A stretch of 64,000 bases of DNA from Dehalococcoidia bacterium (GTDB lineage: Bacteria; Chloroflexota; Dehalococcoidia; Lucifugimonadales; QGNO01), in NCBI GenBank assembly GCA_965261825.1, contig OZ253484.1:65184-129183 (forward strand), in the 5' to 3' direction. Of the stretch, positions 27,364-37,603 are shown piece after piece (the first letter of the stretch is position 1; every line of letters starts with the position of its first letter). The notes below the pieces were generated by a model. That model worked only from the letters and a program-made list of their open reading frames with translations. It did not search any database and was not told where the DNA came from. Made by a program: the position numbers and the translations under genes.

Positions 27364-27633
27364 TCAGTCGATGCAGTAAACAGGCCGATCACTACGCGAC
27401 TGGAACGGTACCCTAGGGTCCTTGCCGAATTCTGCACAGACCAAGTGATACACCTCACGCCGACCTTTGTCGTAGCCACCATCGCGCTCACTGCGTCGCG
27501 CCTGACGGCACAATTCGCAGCGCTTGGGCTCGCTGGTGAGACCTCTTATAGCATGAAACGACTGATAGTCTGCGTTGAAGGTAAATTGTTGCCCAAAGTC
27601 CTAGCACGTAAGGATATTATCCCCGTAGTTCAT
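27364..27633 (-). pseudogene. degenerate double zinc-ribbon protein
   Basis: AAGGAG RBS + ATG. MNYGDNILTC*DFGQQFTFNADYQSFHAIRGLTSEPKRCELCRQARR...VCAEFGKDPRVPFQSRSDRPVYCID. There is an in-frame TAG at 27601-27603, and two expected Cys ligands are replaced by Phe. Confidence 0.5.
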
Positions 27634-28541
27634 TGGTGAACTCCTTGTCCGAATAGTTGGTAGGAGTCTGATCACCGATACAGAGGACGCCTTAGAGCAT
27701 CAGATATAGAGTTGAAAATATCTACCACCAAACAACATTGTACCACAAACAACAGGGAATACATGATGGGCCGGAGCGTACTTGGATATGGATTCCAGCC
27801 GTACTCCATAGGCTGTGGCTATACACGTACTCCACGCCCTCGCCCAAGGGCACACGGCCGCCAACGCGAACGGTGTCCCGACCGCCGCCGCGCACCACCA
27901 TCCCGCTCCGCTCACCCTTACTCCAACCCAGCACCTTCACCTCGGCGGGCATAACCCGCTCCTCCGCCTTCGTCCGCCGGACCCCGTACAGCCTCCTCAA
28001 CATGCCCGGCGACGGGTTGGCCCTGCCGCACATGTAATCGTCGACTCCATTCCCATTTCTCAATCGACACACAAGACTGAGCTACTCTTGGACGGTAGAG
28101 TTGGATACAACCAGGTAGGTCAGGCGAATCTACGAATGGTTGTACCACCGTCGGCCTTAACCACCGGTTCGAGTCTTCTCGATTGGGTCTATGCCATGAC
28201 AGGTCCAAACCGGTGTGCCAGACCCCAACTCGCTCCGCAGACCTAGGGCAGGTACATTTGTTGCAGAATCCGGCCCTTGGACGGCCCCGCCGGGACCTTG
28301 CATCGGGACCCCGGTCTCCCGGTCTCGTGCCCCTGACATGGTCACGATACTCATGGCCGGCGTGGCACACCCGCCAAATACTGGCTCGTCTTCCCAGAGG
28401 AGAGAGCCTTTTTGTCCGTTTTCTGTTAGAATGCATAAATACGCTTAATTTCCGCACCAAGGCTCCAAACACAATAACGGACTATCATTCTGTCCCGTCT
28501 TTCGTTTTTGTGGCCCTTTGGGATAAGGAGTCCGTTTCCAC

Positions 28542-29939
28542 ATGGCATTAGAATCCGCCTCTGTTCGCCCACTTTACTCCGGCTCTAGACGCCAGCACCA
28601 AGCCGTCTGCGCCGAATGCGGTACATCCACAACAGTCCCCTTCCGGCCAAGCCAAGACCGTCCGGTGTACTGCTTCCCGTGCTTCAAAGTACGGCGCAAC
28701 GACTTTCCCACACCCGCAGGAGAGTCGTTGACCGCAAATCAATCCTCTCAGGCACCCCTGTCTTTGGGCGATGCCCCTCCCACCTCCTCTGCTCCGGTGT
28801 TTGCTGAAATGGCCTTGAAAGCCTCCACTAGGGCAGCGCTTTCCTGTATGGACATATCAGAGCCTACGCCAATCCAAGAAAAGACTATCCCTCTTCTTCT
28901 AGCGGGTTTGGACGTGATAGGGCAGGCACGTACGGGGTCAGGCAAGACCCTGGCGTTCGCCGTCCCCCTGGCAGAACAGTGCGACCCGTCGGTCCGGCGA
29001 GTCCAGGCGTTGGTGCTGGTACCCACTCGCGAGCTAGCCATACAGGTGGCCGGAGTAACGGAGGCCATGGCGTCGCCACAGTCTCTACGTTGCACTTTGC
29101 TATACGGTGGCCGGTCGTTGCGGCCAGACTACACTGCATTGAAAACCGGCGCCCAGATCATCATCGGCACCCCCGGCCGCACGCTAGACCACATCCGGCA
29201 GGGCACTCTAGACCTCCAATCGGTGCGTTTCCTGGTTTTGGACGAGGCGGACGAAATGCTGGACAGGGGGTTCGCCCACGACGTTGAGGCCATCCTCAGC
29301 CGGACTTCTTCCAGCCGGCAGACGGCCCTTCTGTCTGCGACAATGCCAGACTGGGTGGCGAAGACAGCCACAAAGTACATGCGGAACCCGGTAACGGTGG
29401 AGGTGGACGCAGACCTGAAAGCGCTGCCCACTGTGAAGCATCTGGTCTATACCATCGAGAAGGCCGACAAGATAGGAGCGCTTCGGACCCTGCTGAACCA
29501 GCGGGACGGCGAGGCGGTCCTGGTCTTCGGCAAAACCAAGCGCGGCGTGAAAAGGCTGGCTTCACAGTTGGGAGAGATGGGCTATCCGGCAGGGGCACTG
29601 CAGGGGAATCTCAGCCAAAACGCACGCGAGCGCGTGATGGCAGACTTCCGTTCCGGCGCCATTCCCATCCTGGTGGCAACCAACGTAGCAGCCCGTGGGT
29701 TGGACATCGATGGCATTGGTCAGGTTATCAACTACGACCTGCCGGACTCTGACCTGCTGTTCACCCACAGGGTCGGACGGACAGGGCGCATGGGCCGCGC
29801 CGGCGAGGCCGTGACGTTCATCACGCTGGATGAAGAGCCGAAGTGGCGTGAGATTAACCGGAGCATGGGAGGCCGCCTCACTCGCCAGCCCTGGAAGGCG
29901 ACCCGCGCGGTGGGACACCGCCTACAGAGCGCCTCTTGA
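28542..29939 (+). CDS. DEAD-box ATP-dependent RNA helicase with N-terminal zinc ribbon
   Basis: N-terminal CAECGTSTTVPFRPSQDRPVYCFPCF. Q-motif PTPIQ, motif I ARTGSGKT, PTRELA, TPGR, DEAD, SAT, ARGLD, HRVGRTGRMG. Confidence 0.9.
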   Translation: MALESASVRPLYSGSRRQHQAVCAECGTSTTVPFRPSQDRPVYCFPCFKVRRNDFPTPAGESLTANQSSQAPLSLGDAPPTSSAPVFAEMALKASTRAALSCMDISEPTPIQEKTIPLLLAGLDVIGQARTGSGKTLAFAVPLAEQCDPSVRRVQALVLVPTRELAIQVAGVTEAMASPQSLRCTLLYGGRSLRPDYTALKTGAQIIIGTPGRTLDHIRQGTLDLQSVRFLVLDEADEMLDRGFAHDVEAILSRTSSSRQTALLSATMPDWVAKTATKYMRNPVTVEVDADLKALPTVKHLVYTIEKADKIGALRTLLNQRDGEAVLVFGKTKRGVKRLASQLGEMGYPAGALQGNLSQNARERVMADFRSGAIPILVATNVAARGLDIDGIGQVINYDLPDSDLLFTHRVGRTGRMGRAGEAVTFITLDEEPKWREINRSMGGRLTRQPWKATRAVGHRLQSAS

Positions 29940-31798
29940 CAACGGATGGTGCCGGGGAATTGAACGACTACCAGAACAACACCATACGCAACCTCGCTAT
30001 CATAGCCCACGTTGACCACGGCAAGACTACCCTGGTGGACGCGCTACTGAAGCAGGGCCAGGTCTTCCAGTCCCACCAACAAGTGGGCTCCTTAATCATG
30101 GACACCAATCCTCTGGAGCGGGAACGCGGCATCACAATCCTCGCCAAGAATGCCTCGGTCTACTACGGGGACGTGAGGATTAACATCATCGATACGCCGG
30201 GCCACGCTGACTTCAGCGGCGAGGTGGAACGCGTCATGAACATGGCCGATGGCTGTCTGCTATTGGTGGACGCCGTAGACGGGCCCATGCCCCAGACTAC
30301 CTACGTGCTGCGCCAGGCCCTCCAGCAGAACGTCACCCCCATGGTAGTCATCAACAAGATAGACAGGCCCGAGGCCCGGGTGGCAGAAGTAGTCGAGATG
30401 GTCCAGGACCTGTTCTTGGAACTGGCTACGGATGCGAAGCAACTGGATTTCCCGGTGCTTTATGCATCGGCCAGGCAGGGTTACGCTACCTCGGTTCTGG
30501 ACGCTCCAAGGCCGGACATGCAACCCCTCTTCCAAGCGATCTTGGATTCGGTGCCTCCTCCCAAAGGAGACCCCTCTGCCCCGCTCCAAATGCTGGTTGC
30601 CGCGCTGGACTACGACAACTACCTGGGACAGGTGGCCGTGGGCCGGATCACCAATGGCACCCTCAGGCAGCGTGACCACGTGACTTTGTTATGCCGCGAC
30701 GCCGAGCCCACCATCCACAACCTGGAGCACATATTTGTATTCCGCGGAATGGAGCGAGTGGAAGTACCCGAAGCCCAGGCCGGGGACATTGTGGCGGTGA
30801 CCGGTCCTGAGGGCGTGTCAATAGGCGACACCATAGCCTCTCCTGAAAACCCGGAGGTCCTGCCGGCTATCAACATCAGCGAACCGACGGTACGGATGAC
30901 ATTCGGGGTCAACACGTCCCCCTTGATGGGCAGGGAGGGCACCCACTGCACTTCCCGAAATCTCCACGAACGGCTGATGAGAGAGTTGCGGACCAACGTC
31001 AGCTTGAGGGTAGAGGCCACTCCCAGCCCCGACGTGTTTGTGGTTGCCGGACGTGGAGAACTACACCTGTCCATCCTAGTCGAGACCATGCGCCGTGAAC
31101 AGTTCGAATTTCAGGTGTCCCGTCCCGCTCCCGTGACCAAAGTGATCGACGGCAATACGTACGAACCCTACGAGATATTGAATGTCAGCGCCCGTGACGA
31201 GTACGTTGGCGTACTGACCGAATACTTGTCGACTCACCTGGCCCAACTCAGGGACATGCGGTACGATGAGAACGGCTATGTCCACATGGAATACAAGATA
31301 CCCACCCGCGGGCTGATCGGATTCAACGCTTTCTTCCTCCGCACCACCAGGGGTGACGGAGTCAAGAACAGCATCTTCACCTCCTACGAGCCAATGGGGA
31401 GTGATATAAGAGCCGAACGCGGCGGCGTACTCGTGGCATCGGAGGGCGGTGTCGCCGTAACCTACGGGCTGCTAAATGCCCAGGGCAGGGGCACCACTTT
31501 CATAGACCCTGGCACGATAGTCTACGAAGGTATGATCGTCGGCTCCCACCACCGCGATGGCGACATCGAAATCAACGTCTGCAAGGAGAAGAAGCTGACC
31601 AATATGCGCTCTTCAACGGCCGACGTGACCAGACGATTAAACGCCACTGCCAGGTTGAGCCTGGAGGAGGCCATGACGTTCATCTCTGACGACGAACTGG
31701 TGGAGATCACTCCACACAGCTTGCGCCTTCGTAAGATGGAACTCTCGGCTCTAGACCGGAAGCGCCAACGCCGGGACGGGGCTCGCGCCCGAGATTAG
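29936..31798 (+). CDS. typA: translational GTPase TypA/BipA
   Basis: [34 protein letters not shown]. Length and C-terminal domain are typical of BipA. TTG start overlapping the helicase stop; the exact start is uncertain. Confidence 0.9.
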   Translation: MTTDGAGELNDYQNNTIRNLAIIAHVDHGKTTLVDALLKQGQVFQSHQQVGSLIMDTNPLERERGITILAKNASVYYGDVRINIIDTPGHADFSGEVERVMNMADGCLLLVDAVDGPMPQTTYVLRQALQQNVTPMVVINKIDRPEARVAEVVEMVQDLFLELATDAKQLDFPVLYASARQGYATSVLDAPRPDMQPLFQAILDSVPPPKGDPSAPLQMLVAALDYDNYLGQVAVGRITNGTLRQRDHVTLLCRDAEPTIHNLEHIFVFRGMERVEVPEAQAGDIVAVTGPEGVSIGDTIASPENPEVLPAINISEPTVRMTFGVNTSPLMGREGTHCTSRNLHERLMRELRTNVSLRVEATPSPDVFVVAGRGELHLSILVETMRREQFEFQVSRPAPVTKVIDGNTYEPYEILNVSARDEYVGVLTEYLSTHLAQLRDMRYDENGYVHMEYKIPTRGLIGFNAFFLRTTRGDGVKNSIFTSYEPMGSDIRAERGGVLVASEGGVAVTYGLLNAQGRGTTFIDPGTIVYEGMIVGSHHRDGDIEINVCKEKKLTNMRSSTADVTRRLNATARLSLEEAMTFISDDELVEITPHSLRLRKMELSALDRKRQRRDGARARD

Positions 31799-31906
31799 GG
31801 ACGCTCCAAGGCAGATGCCCCTTCGCGAATTCCTCCGTTGACAACACGGTCACACGTGCTCATGGTGTAGGATAGCCCGTAGCGACTAATGATTTGGAGG
31901 CAACCC

Positions 31907-32049
31907 TTGGAAGCGTATTGTATGAAGTGTCGGGCAAAGGGGAAATGAGCAACCCCCAGGCAATCACGATGAAGAATGGCAGACCGGCCACTCAGGGTGT
32001 ATGCCCGGTCTGCTCTACAAAGATGTTCCGGATCGAAAAGGCCAAATAG
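31907..32049 (+). pseudogene. DUF5679-like small zinc-ribbon protein, frameshifted in a G run
   Basis: GGAGG + TTG. MEAYCMKCRAKGK* in frame 1, then ATG 31945 gives MSNPQAITMKNGRPATQGVCPVCSTKMFRIEKAK. One extra G in AAGGGGAAA would fuse them (CxxC...CxxC). Confidence 0.4.
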
Positions 32050-32196
32050 TTCGGGATTTTCCAAAGGCCGCAGCCGATGTGTGAGCCACTGTGGGTTAAC
32101 AGGTCCGCCCTGCTAAATCTGGCATAGTACTGGCATACCGTCCAAGATAGGCCTATAGAGTCCCCAACCACAATTCGAGGACGGTTCTGCCTTCAG

Positions 32197-32500
32197 TCAA
32201 GACACCCCGACCGCATCGTGTACTGAACCTGCCGTACCCCAGACTAGAGTCCCCGGGTACACCTCATTGACGAGGAGGGCGTGGACACTGGTCTTGCTCC
32301 AGGGCTTCCCTCCGGGGGTGGCGATGCCCTCCTCGTTGAGGGTGCGGGTGATGTTCGTCATTCCCCTCCCGGCCTCGGCCATATCAAAGATGCGCTTGAC
32401 GATGGGGCCGTATCCGGGTCAGTCTGCAAAGTTGGGCGCTTGTTGGTTCCGTCCTGCACCATGAGTTTGCCGTAGCCGTAGGGCACCCTGCTGCCGACCC
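32197..32500 (-). pseudogene. large serine recombinase, internal fragment (recombinase domain)
   Basis: ..VPYGYGKLMVQDGT...DPDTAP / IVKRIFDMAEAGRGMTNITRTLNEEGIATPGGKPWSKTSVHALLVNEVYPGTLVWG. One frameshift in a C run. No resolvase catalytic domain or C-terminal part adjoins it. Confidence 0.6.
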
Positions 32501-32507
32501 AGAAACC

Positions 32508-34628
32508 ATGAGAGGCGGCTTCGCGTCATCGCACTATCCTTTACACGCTATCCAGGTCTTCGTAGACTTACATCGGGCTGTTCGCCAGGGGATTCGCGCC
32601 TCCGTAGAGAGTTACTCCATCAAGAAACTGGAGCCGCTGTACGGCTTTGAGCGCGCCGTGGACCTGCGCGACGCTGGCACGAGCATCGTCGAGTTCGAGA
32701 CATGGCTGGAGTTGGGGCCAGGGCGAGGAGCGGGAGGAGCTATTGGCGCAGATCGAGGGCTACAACCGCGACGACTGCCTCTCTACCTTGCACCTGCGCG
32801 ACTGGCTGGAGGAGCAGCGGACCGTCCTGGCGGAGGAACTCGGCGAGGATTTGCCGCGGCCAGCGGTGAAGCCGCCGGAGGAGACGGAGGACAGCGAGGC
32901 GCAGAAAGTGGTGAACGAGCTCGTCGCCGCGTTGACCACTGGACTGCCCGAGTCCGCCGCCGACATGAGTGAGGATCAACACGGCCGATGGCTTCTGGCG
33001 CATCTGCTGAACTGGCATCGGCGAGAGAATAAGTCCTTCTGGTGGCGTTACTTCTATCTTGCCACTCTTACCGACGAGGAACGTCGCGAGGAGACCGACG
33101 CATTGGGCGAACTTACCTTTGTAGACTCACGACCGGATCCCGCGCCCCGTACCCGATCTACCACCTACCGCTTCCGGTTCCCGCCACAGGAGCACGCCAT
33201 CACCGTCGGCAGTACGCCACACGATCCGGAGACACAGGCGCCCGTCGGTACCATCTTCAGCCTCGACGACGAGCACGGCATCATCGAGATCAGACGTGGC
33301 AGCACCCAGCCTGCTCCGTCACCTACATCGCTGGTCCCATACGACTTCGTGCGTCCCCATCCCAAGCCGGAGAGCCTGCAGCACCTTGCCCAGCACGTCT
33401 TGGAGCACGGTATGGAGGGGCCCCGGGGAATACCAGGCAGAACGGGACCTCCTCATGCGCCGTCCCCCTCACTTCACGGTGGGAGAGCCACTACAGCACG
33501 GCAGGGAGGGGGCGGAAGAGGCGGCGCGACGACTCGTCGCCACCATCGATGAGAGCTACCTGGCGATCCAGGGGCCGCCGGGTTCCGGCAAAAGCACCGT
33601 GGGGGCACGGATGATCGTCGACCTGGTGGTTCAGGGGAAGCGTGTCGGTGTCACGGCCAACGCTCCAACGAGGAGCCCACGTTTGCCGGTGCCATGCATT
33701 TGAAGAGCGACGAAGCGGCGCGGGACGCTCTTTCCGGAAGCAGAGGTCGAAGTCGGCGGCGGCACGACATGGCTCTGGTCGCGTGAGGATATGGCCAGTG
33801 CGGTCGACGTCCTGTTTGTCGACGAAGCGGGGCAGAATGTCCCTCGCGGATGCCCTCGCAGCGTCTCCCTGCGCCCGCAGCCTTGTCTTACTAGGCGACC
33901 CTCAGCAACTCGACCAGCCGCTCCAGGGTACGCACCCGCCAGGGGCAGAGCGCTCCGTCCTTGCCCACGTTCTGGACGGCGAGCGGGTGATGCCGGATCA
34001 GTTGGGCCTCTTCCTGGATGGAAGCTGGAGGTTGCACCCGGACATCAGCGCATACACCTCGGAGGTCTTCTACGAGGTGCGCCTGCACTCGCATCCCGGC
34101 CGGGACCGACTCGGCCTGACCGGCGTGCCGCCGCTGTCGGGTACTGGTATCCGGTTCGTGCCAGTACCGCACGGCGGCCAGTCCAGCGAGTCATCGGAAG
34201 AGGCGGCGGTAGTAGCCGAGCTAGTGCGTAGTTTAAGGGACGCCTCGCCCACGCATACCGACGCGTCGGGGACGTCGCGACCACTGGCGGAGGCCGACGT
34301 GCTCCTGATTACGCCATACAATGCGCAGGTGCGGGCCCTGAGCGAAGTACTGCCGGGATTTCGCATCGGCACGGTTGACAAGTTCCAGGGCCAAGAGGCG
34401 CCCATCTCCATCTACTCCATGACGACCAGTTCCTCTGAAGATGCACCGCACGGGATGGAGTTCCTGTACAGCCTCAATCGGCTGAACGTGGCTACCAGCC
34501 GAACGCAATGCGTGGCCCTAGTCGTCGCTAGCCCGGCACTGCCCCGCGTACGCTGCCGCACCCCGCGCCAGATGCGCCTTGCCAACGCCCTAGCTCGGCT
34601 GGTAGAGGTGGCCGCCAATTCACTGTAG
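32508..34628 (+). pseudogene. RecB-like nuclease / SF1 (Dna2/Upf1-type) helicase, 5'-truncated with multiple frameshifts
   Basis: YSIKKLEPLYGFER...IEGYNRDDCLSTLHLRDWL (nuclease C-terminal part). Walker A IQGPPGSGKST, FVDEAGQ, LLGDPQQL, ITPYNAQV, VDKFQGQE, LNVATSRT. The path crosses at least 5 reading frames. Confidence 0.65.
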
Positions 34629-34831
34629 ATACAGTAAACTCCATAGGACGACATCTACTACATGGGTGGCCTGCCAATTGCCAGAGAATGTGGGAGCAGT
34701 TCAGGTCATTCGTATGAGTTTCTCAACGTTGGTAGACTCAATAGCTCCGCCTGTTGCAGCAAATCCTTGAAGGCTTGGTTCACTGACCCTGTCGAACAGT
34801 AGCGGTGTGCGAGCCTTGACGGAACTGACCC

Positions 34832-35790
34832 CCTTATTCTGTCACAACAAATGGTACAGGGCCGATAGAATGAGACATGGCGAGAGTAGAGATCAGAACG
34901 ATAATAGAGACGTGGAAAGCATGTGGAGAGAACTATTCAGAAACGGCGCGACGGTTGGGGATAGACCGGCGTACAGTGAAGCGCTGGGTGGATCGAGGTC
35001 GACAAGCCTGGGGCTACGTTCGGTGGAGGGGACTACAGCGCCTGTCCACGGCGCCCAAGCATCGCAAGAGGGCGCTGAGTGGCAGGGGCTCGCGTAAGGA
35101 GATGGAGGGAAGCCACGGGCTTTTGTGGGGAGAAACTGGCAGTGGTAGCGAGGACAGAAGGAATAGAGGTGTCGGCGTCCACCATTCACAGGTACTTGCG
35201 CCGGACGGGGCTGGTCCGTCCCAGCGCCAAGCGAAGACGACCCCGATTCCAGAACGGTCAGGTCATGCGCCCCAGTAACTGTCCCGGACTGGGCTACCTC
35301 CAGATGGATGTGAAGTACGTCACTCCCGAACTCTCCGGGCTGCCCTACACCTGCTATCTGTATGCCGCTATGGATATCTCCACCCGCTACAAGGTGGGGC
35401 TGATCCTGCCCAAGGTCGACACGGATGGGGCGCTCCTGGCCTTGTACCATGCCACCCAGGCCTTGCCCTTTCCCGTCTGCTACGTGCAGACCGACAACGG
35501 CCTGGAGTTCCAAAAGCGCTTTCACGCCAAGTGTGAGGAGGTGGGAGTGGAGCACTTCTACATTCACAAGAGCTCCCCCAATGACAATGCGGTCATAGAG
35601 CGCAGCTTCCGCACCGATGAGGAGGAGTTCTTCTTCCGGTTGGAGAGGCCGGCTAGAGACCACACACAACTGAATGGCTGGTATCAGGGCTTCTTGGACA
35701 CCTACAACACTCGGCGCCCTCACATGGGCATCAATATGCTTACCCCAAAGGAGGCTATCAACCTGTACCTAAACTCTTGACAGAATAAGG
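34832..35790 (+). mobile_element. IS481-like insertion sequence
   Basis: 13-bp perfect terminal inverted repeats CCTTATTCTGTCA (34832-34844) / TGACAGAATAAGG (35778-35790), flanked by direct ACCC (34828-31 and 35791-94). Encodes an HTH + rve transposase. Confidence 0.7.
34877..35780 (+). pseudogene. IS481-family DDE transposase, split by one frameshift near 35075-35090
   Basis: N-terminal HTH (YSETARRLGIDRRTVKRWV). The rve core has D (YLQMDVKYV), D (VQTDNGLEF) and E (NAVIERSF). Two overlapping ORFs: 34877..35278 and 35079..35780. Confidence 0.7.
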
Positions 35791-36044
35791 ACCCCTTGCA
35801 GGCAACTGCTATCTTTGCAAGGATAGCAGGCTGACACTAATGGCACTATCATGTCAAGGAACCAAGTCTCCATCTGGCAGGAGTGATCAATGGCTAGTTT
35901 CCTTTCAAAACTGCTTGGCAGGGCCAATGATGCGGCAACCGCGGGGACCTCTGGGTTACAGCAACTAGCTCCGGATTCACGAAGGATTCTGGACGGCGAG
36001 AACCACCAGCACAGCTCGACTGGTCACACGCCGAATACATTCCT

Positions 36045-37193
36045 ATGCCGCCGTCTCCCCGGACCTGGGAGGTAGATGGTCGTAACGAGTTTCACCGCGA
36101 GTACAACGACCCGATGATTGGACCAGTATTTCAGGCAGGCTTCAAGAATCAGCACACCAAAGTCGTGAAGCTGGCAGTTTCTCTTTCTGCTGAGCAACGA
36201 CAGGGCAGAGTCGGAGAAGAGATCGCGAAGGCCTACCGCAAGCAAATCATCTACCGCATGAAGGCTGGTCAGTTGGCGGCAGCAGCAAAGCAGTCTGTTG
36301 AGATGTTCGAGATGGTTCCCAGATATGTTCAAGATGTCGATCGGCGGCGGTTCAACCGCATTCTCAAGCAGATGGATAAGGAGGGGAAGAAACACTACTA
36401 CACACTCATTGATGTAGCCAGCCCATCCTCACAGCCTTTGTTCACAGTCGTGAACGGTCACGGATGGGGTGTCTCGGGAGAGCGGAAGCTGCAACGCGAA
36501 CAGCGACCCAATCCGGCCTTCAAGGTCGCCACTATGGACGGATCAGGAACGTGGCTACTCAACCGCTCCTGGTCTAGCATAGAGCAGCCGGAAGTCAGGA
36601 GCGTCCTTAGGAGGCTGGATATATTCGGCCGCTTCGTCGGTGAGAAGCCCCTCAATCACGACGCCTATCGGATCGGTGCCGGAGCCACTGGATCCCACAT
36701 TGCAATCATGGACTCCAGCGGGATACTGCACATCTACGATGCAGGGTTGAACGTCGTCACGGAAACGAATCTCCAAGAGGGTCCCAGAGTAGTGGATCAC
36801 TTCCGAACCATCGATACGAACTATTGGGGCGGGTTCAAATCCCAAGTCCGAGCTGTCGACGTTGCATCCGAAGGAGACCGGTACCTCTTCACGCTCGCCG
36901 ATGAGGCATGGTGCTGCACAGTAACCGGTCGCACCCTATGGGGAGTTGCGATGCCCCTCAAGGAAGGTTGGAAACACGTCGTAGGTAGAACCGAACGCTT
37001 TGGTGTAGGACATGAGGTTGAGGAGGCCCTCCATCTCTTTGGACTTTCTCTTCCGGTGAGTCCCACCGAAATCAAGCAGAAGTACCGCGTGTTGGCGATG
37101 GCCCACCATCCTGATCACAACGCCAGCAATCCCGGAGCGGGGGAGAAAGATGAAGGCGCTGAACAGGGCCTTCGAGATACTCACTGGGGTTGA
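36045..37193 (+). CDS. J-domain (DnaJ-like) protein with uncharacterised N-terminal region
   Basis: C-terminal EEALHLFGLSLPVSPTEIKQKYRVLAMAHHPDHN carries the HPD signature. Helix IV (KMKALNRAFEILTG) is only read after a +1 shift near 37150. The N-terminal limit is uncertain (possible link to ORF 35890..36075). Confidence 0.5.
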   Translation: MPPSPRTWEVDGRNEFHREYNDPMIGPVFQAGFKNQHTKVVKLAVSLSAEQRQGRVGEEIAKAYRKQIIYRMKAGQLAAAAKQSVEMFEMVPRYVQDVDRRRFNRILKQMDKEGKKHYYTLIDVASPSSQPLFTVVNGHGWGVSGERKLQREQRPNPAFKVATMDGSGTWLLNRSWSSIEQPEVRSVLRRLDIFGRFVGEKPLNHDAYRIGAGATGSHIAIMDSSGILHIYDAGLNVVTETNLQEGPRVVDHFRTIDTNYWGGFKSQVRAVDVASEGDRYLFTLADEAWCCTVTGRTLWGVAMPLKEGWKHVVGRTERFGVGHEVEEALHLFGLSLPVSPTEIKQKYRVLAMAHHPDHNASNPGAGEKDEGAEQGLRDTHWG

Positions 37194-37258
37194 TCCTAAC
37201 ACACTCGGGTTAGAGGAATCCGATGTTACATACTTCGCTCGCATAGCTCCCGACCACG

Positions 37259-37603
37259 TTGTCGAGTTGCAGTTACCTCGATACCTGTCGAGGTGGTAGT
37301 CCGAGGCGACGAGCCTGCGCTATCGACGGAGGCCCGGAACCGTCTATTCTCCATCGCTCACAACGCGCTCACCAATGCCTTTCGGCACGCGCATGCCGTA
37401 AGGTCGATGTCGAGCTGGACTTCACGACCGACCCCATTCGAATGTCCGTATCGGACGCCGGGCGGGGCCACGGGTTCACCGGAATGATGGCCGATGCGGA
37501 GGCTATCGGCGGAAGCCTCATCGCGGAATCGGGCGGGCGTCGCGGCGGCACTACCGTGACCTGCACGGTTCCCGTTAGAATGGACTATGGAGGGAGATTG
37601 TGA
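37259..37603 (+). pseudogene. histidine kinase C-terminal fragment (HATPase_c), frameshifted
   Basis: VVVRGDEPALSTEARNRLFSIAHNALTNAFRHAHA (N-box), shift, then KVDVELDFTTDPIRMSVSDAGRGHGF...GGSLIAESGGRRGGTTVTCTVP. The stop overlaps the response-regulator start (GTGA). Confidence 0.65.

Noticed and set aside
27722-28072. 116-aa minus-strand ORF containing MCGRANPSPGMLRRLYGV, reminiscent of the MCGRF start of SRAP/YedK peptidases.
   Set aside because: The similarity does not extend beyond about 20 residues. There is no RYN(I/V)AP or WGL motif, and MCGR is internal to the ORF. Too weak to call even a pseudogene.
35075-35095. Programmed -1 ribosomal frameshift in the IS transposase, as in IS3-family orfA/orfB.
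   Set aside because: No slippery heptamer (A AAA AAG type) or downstream structure is seen. IS481-family transposases are normally a single ORF, so a mutational or consensus frameshift is more likely.
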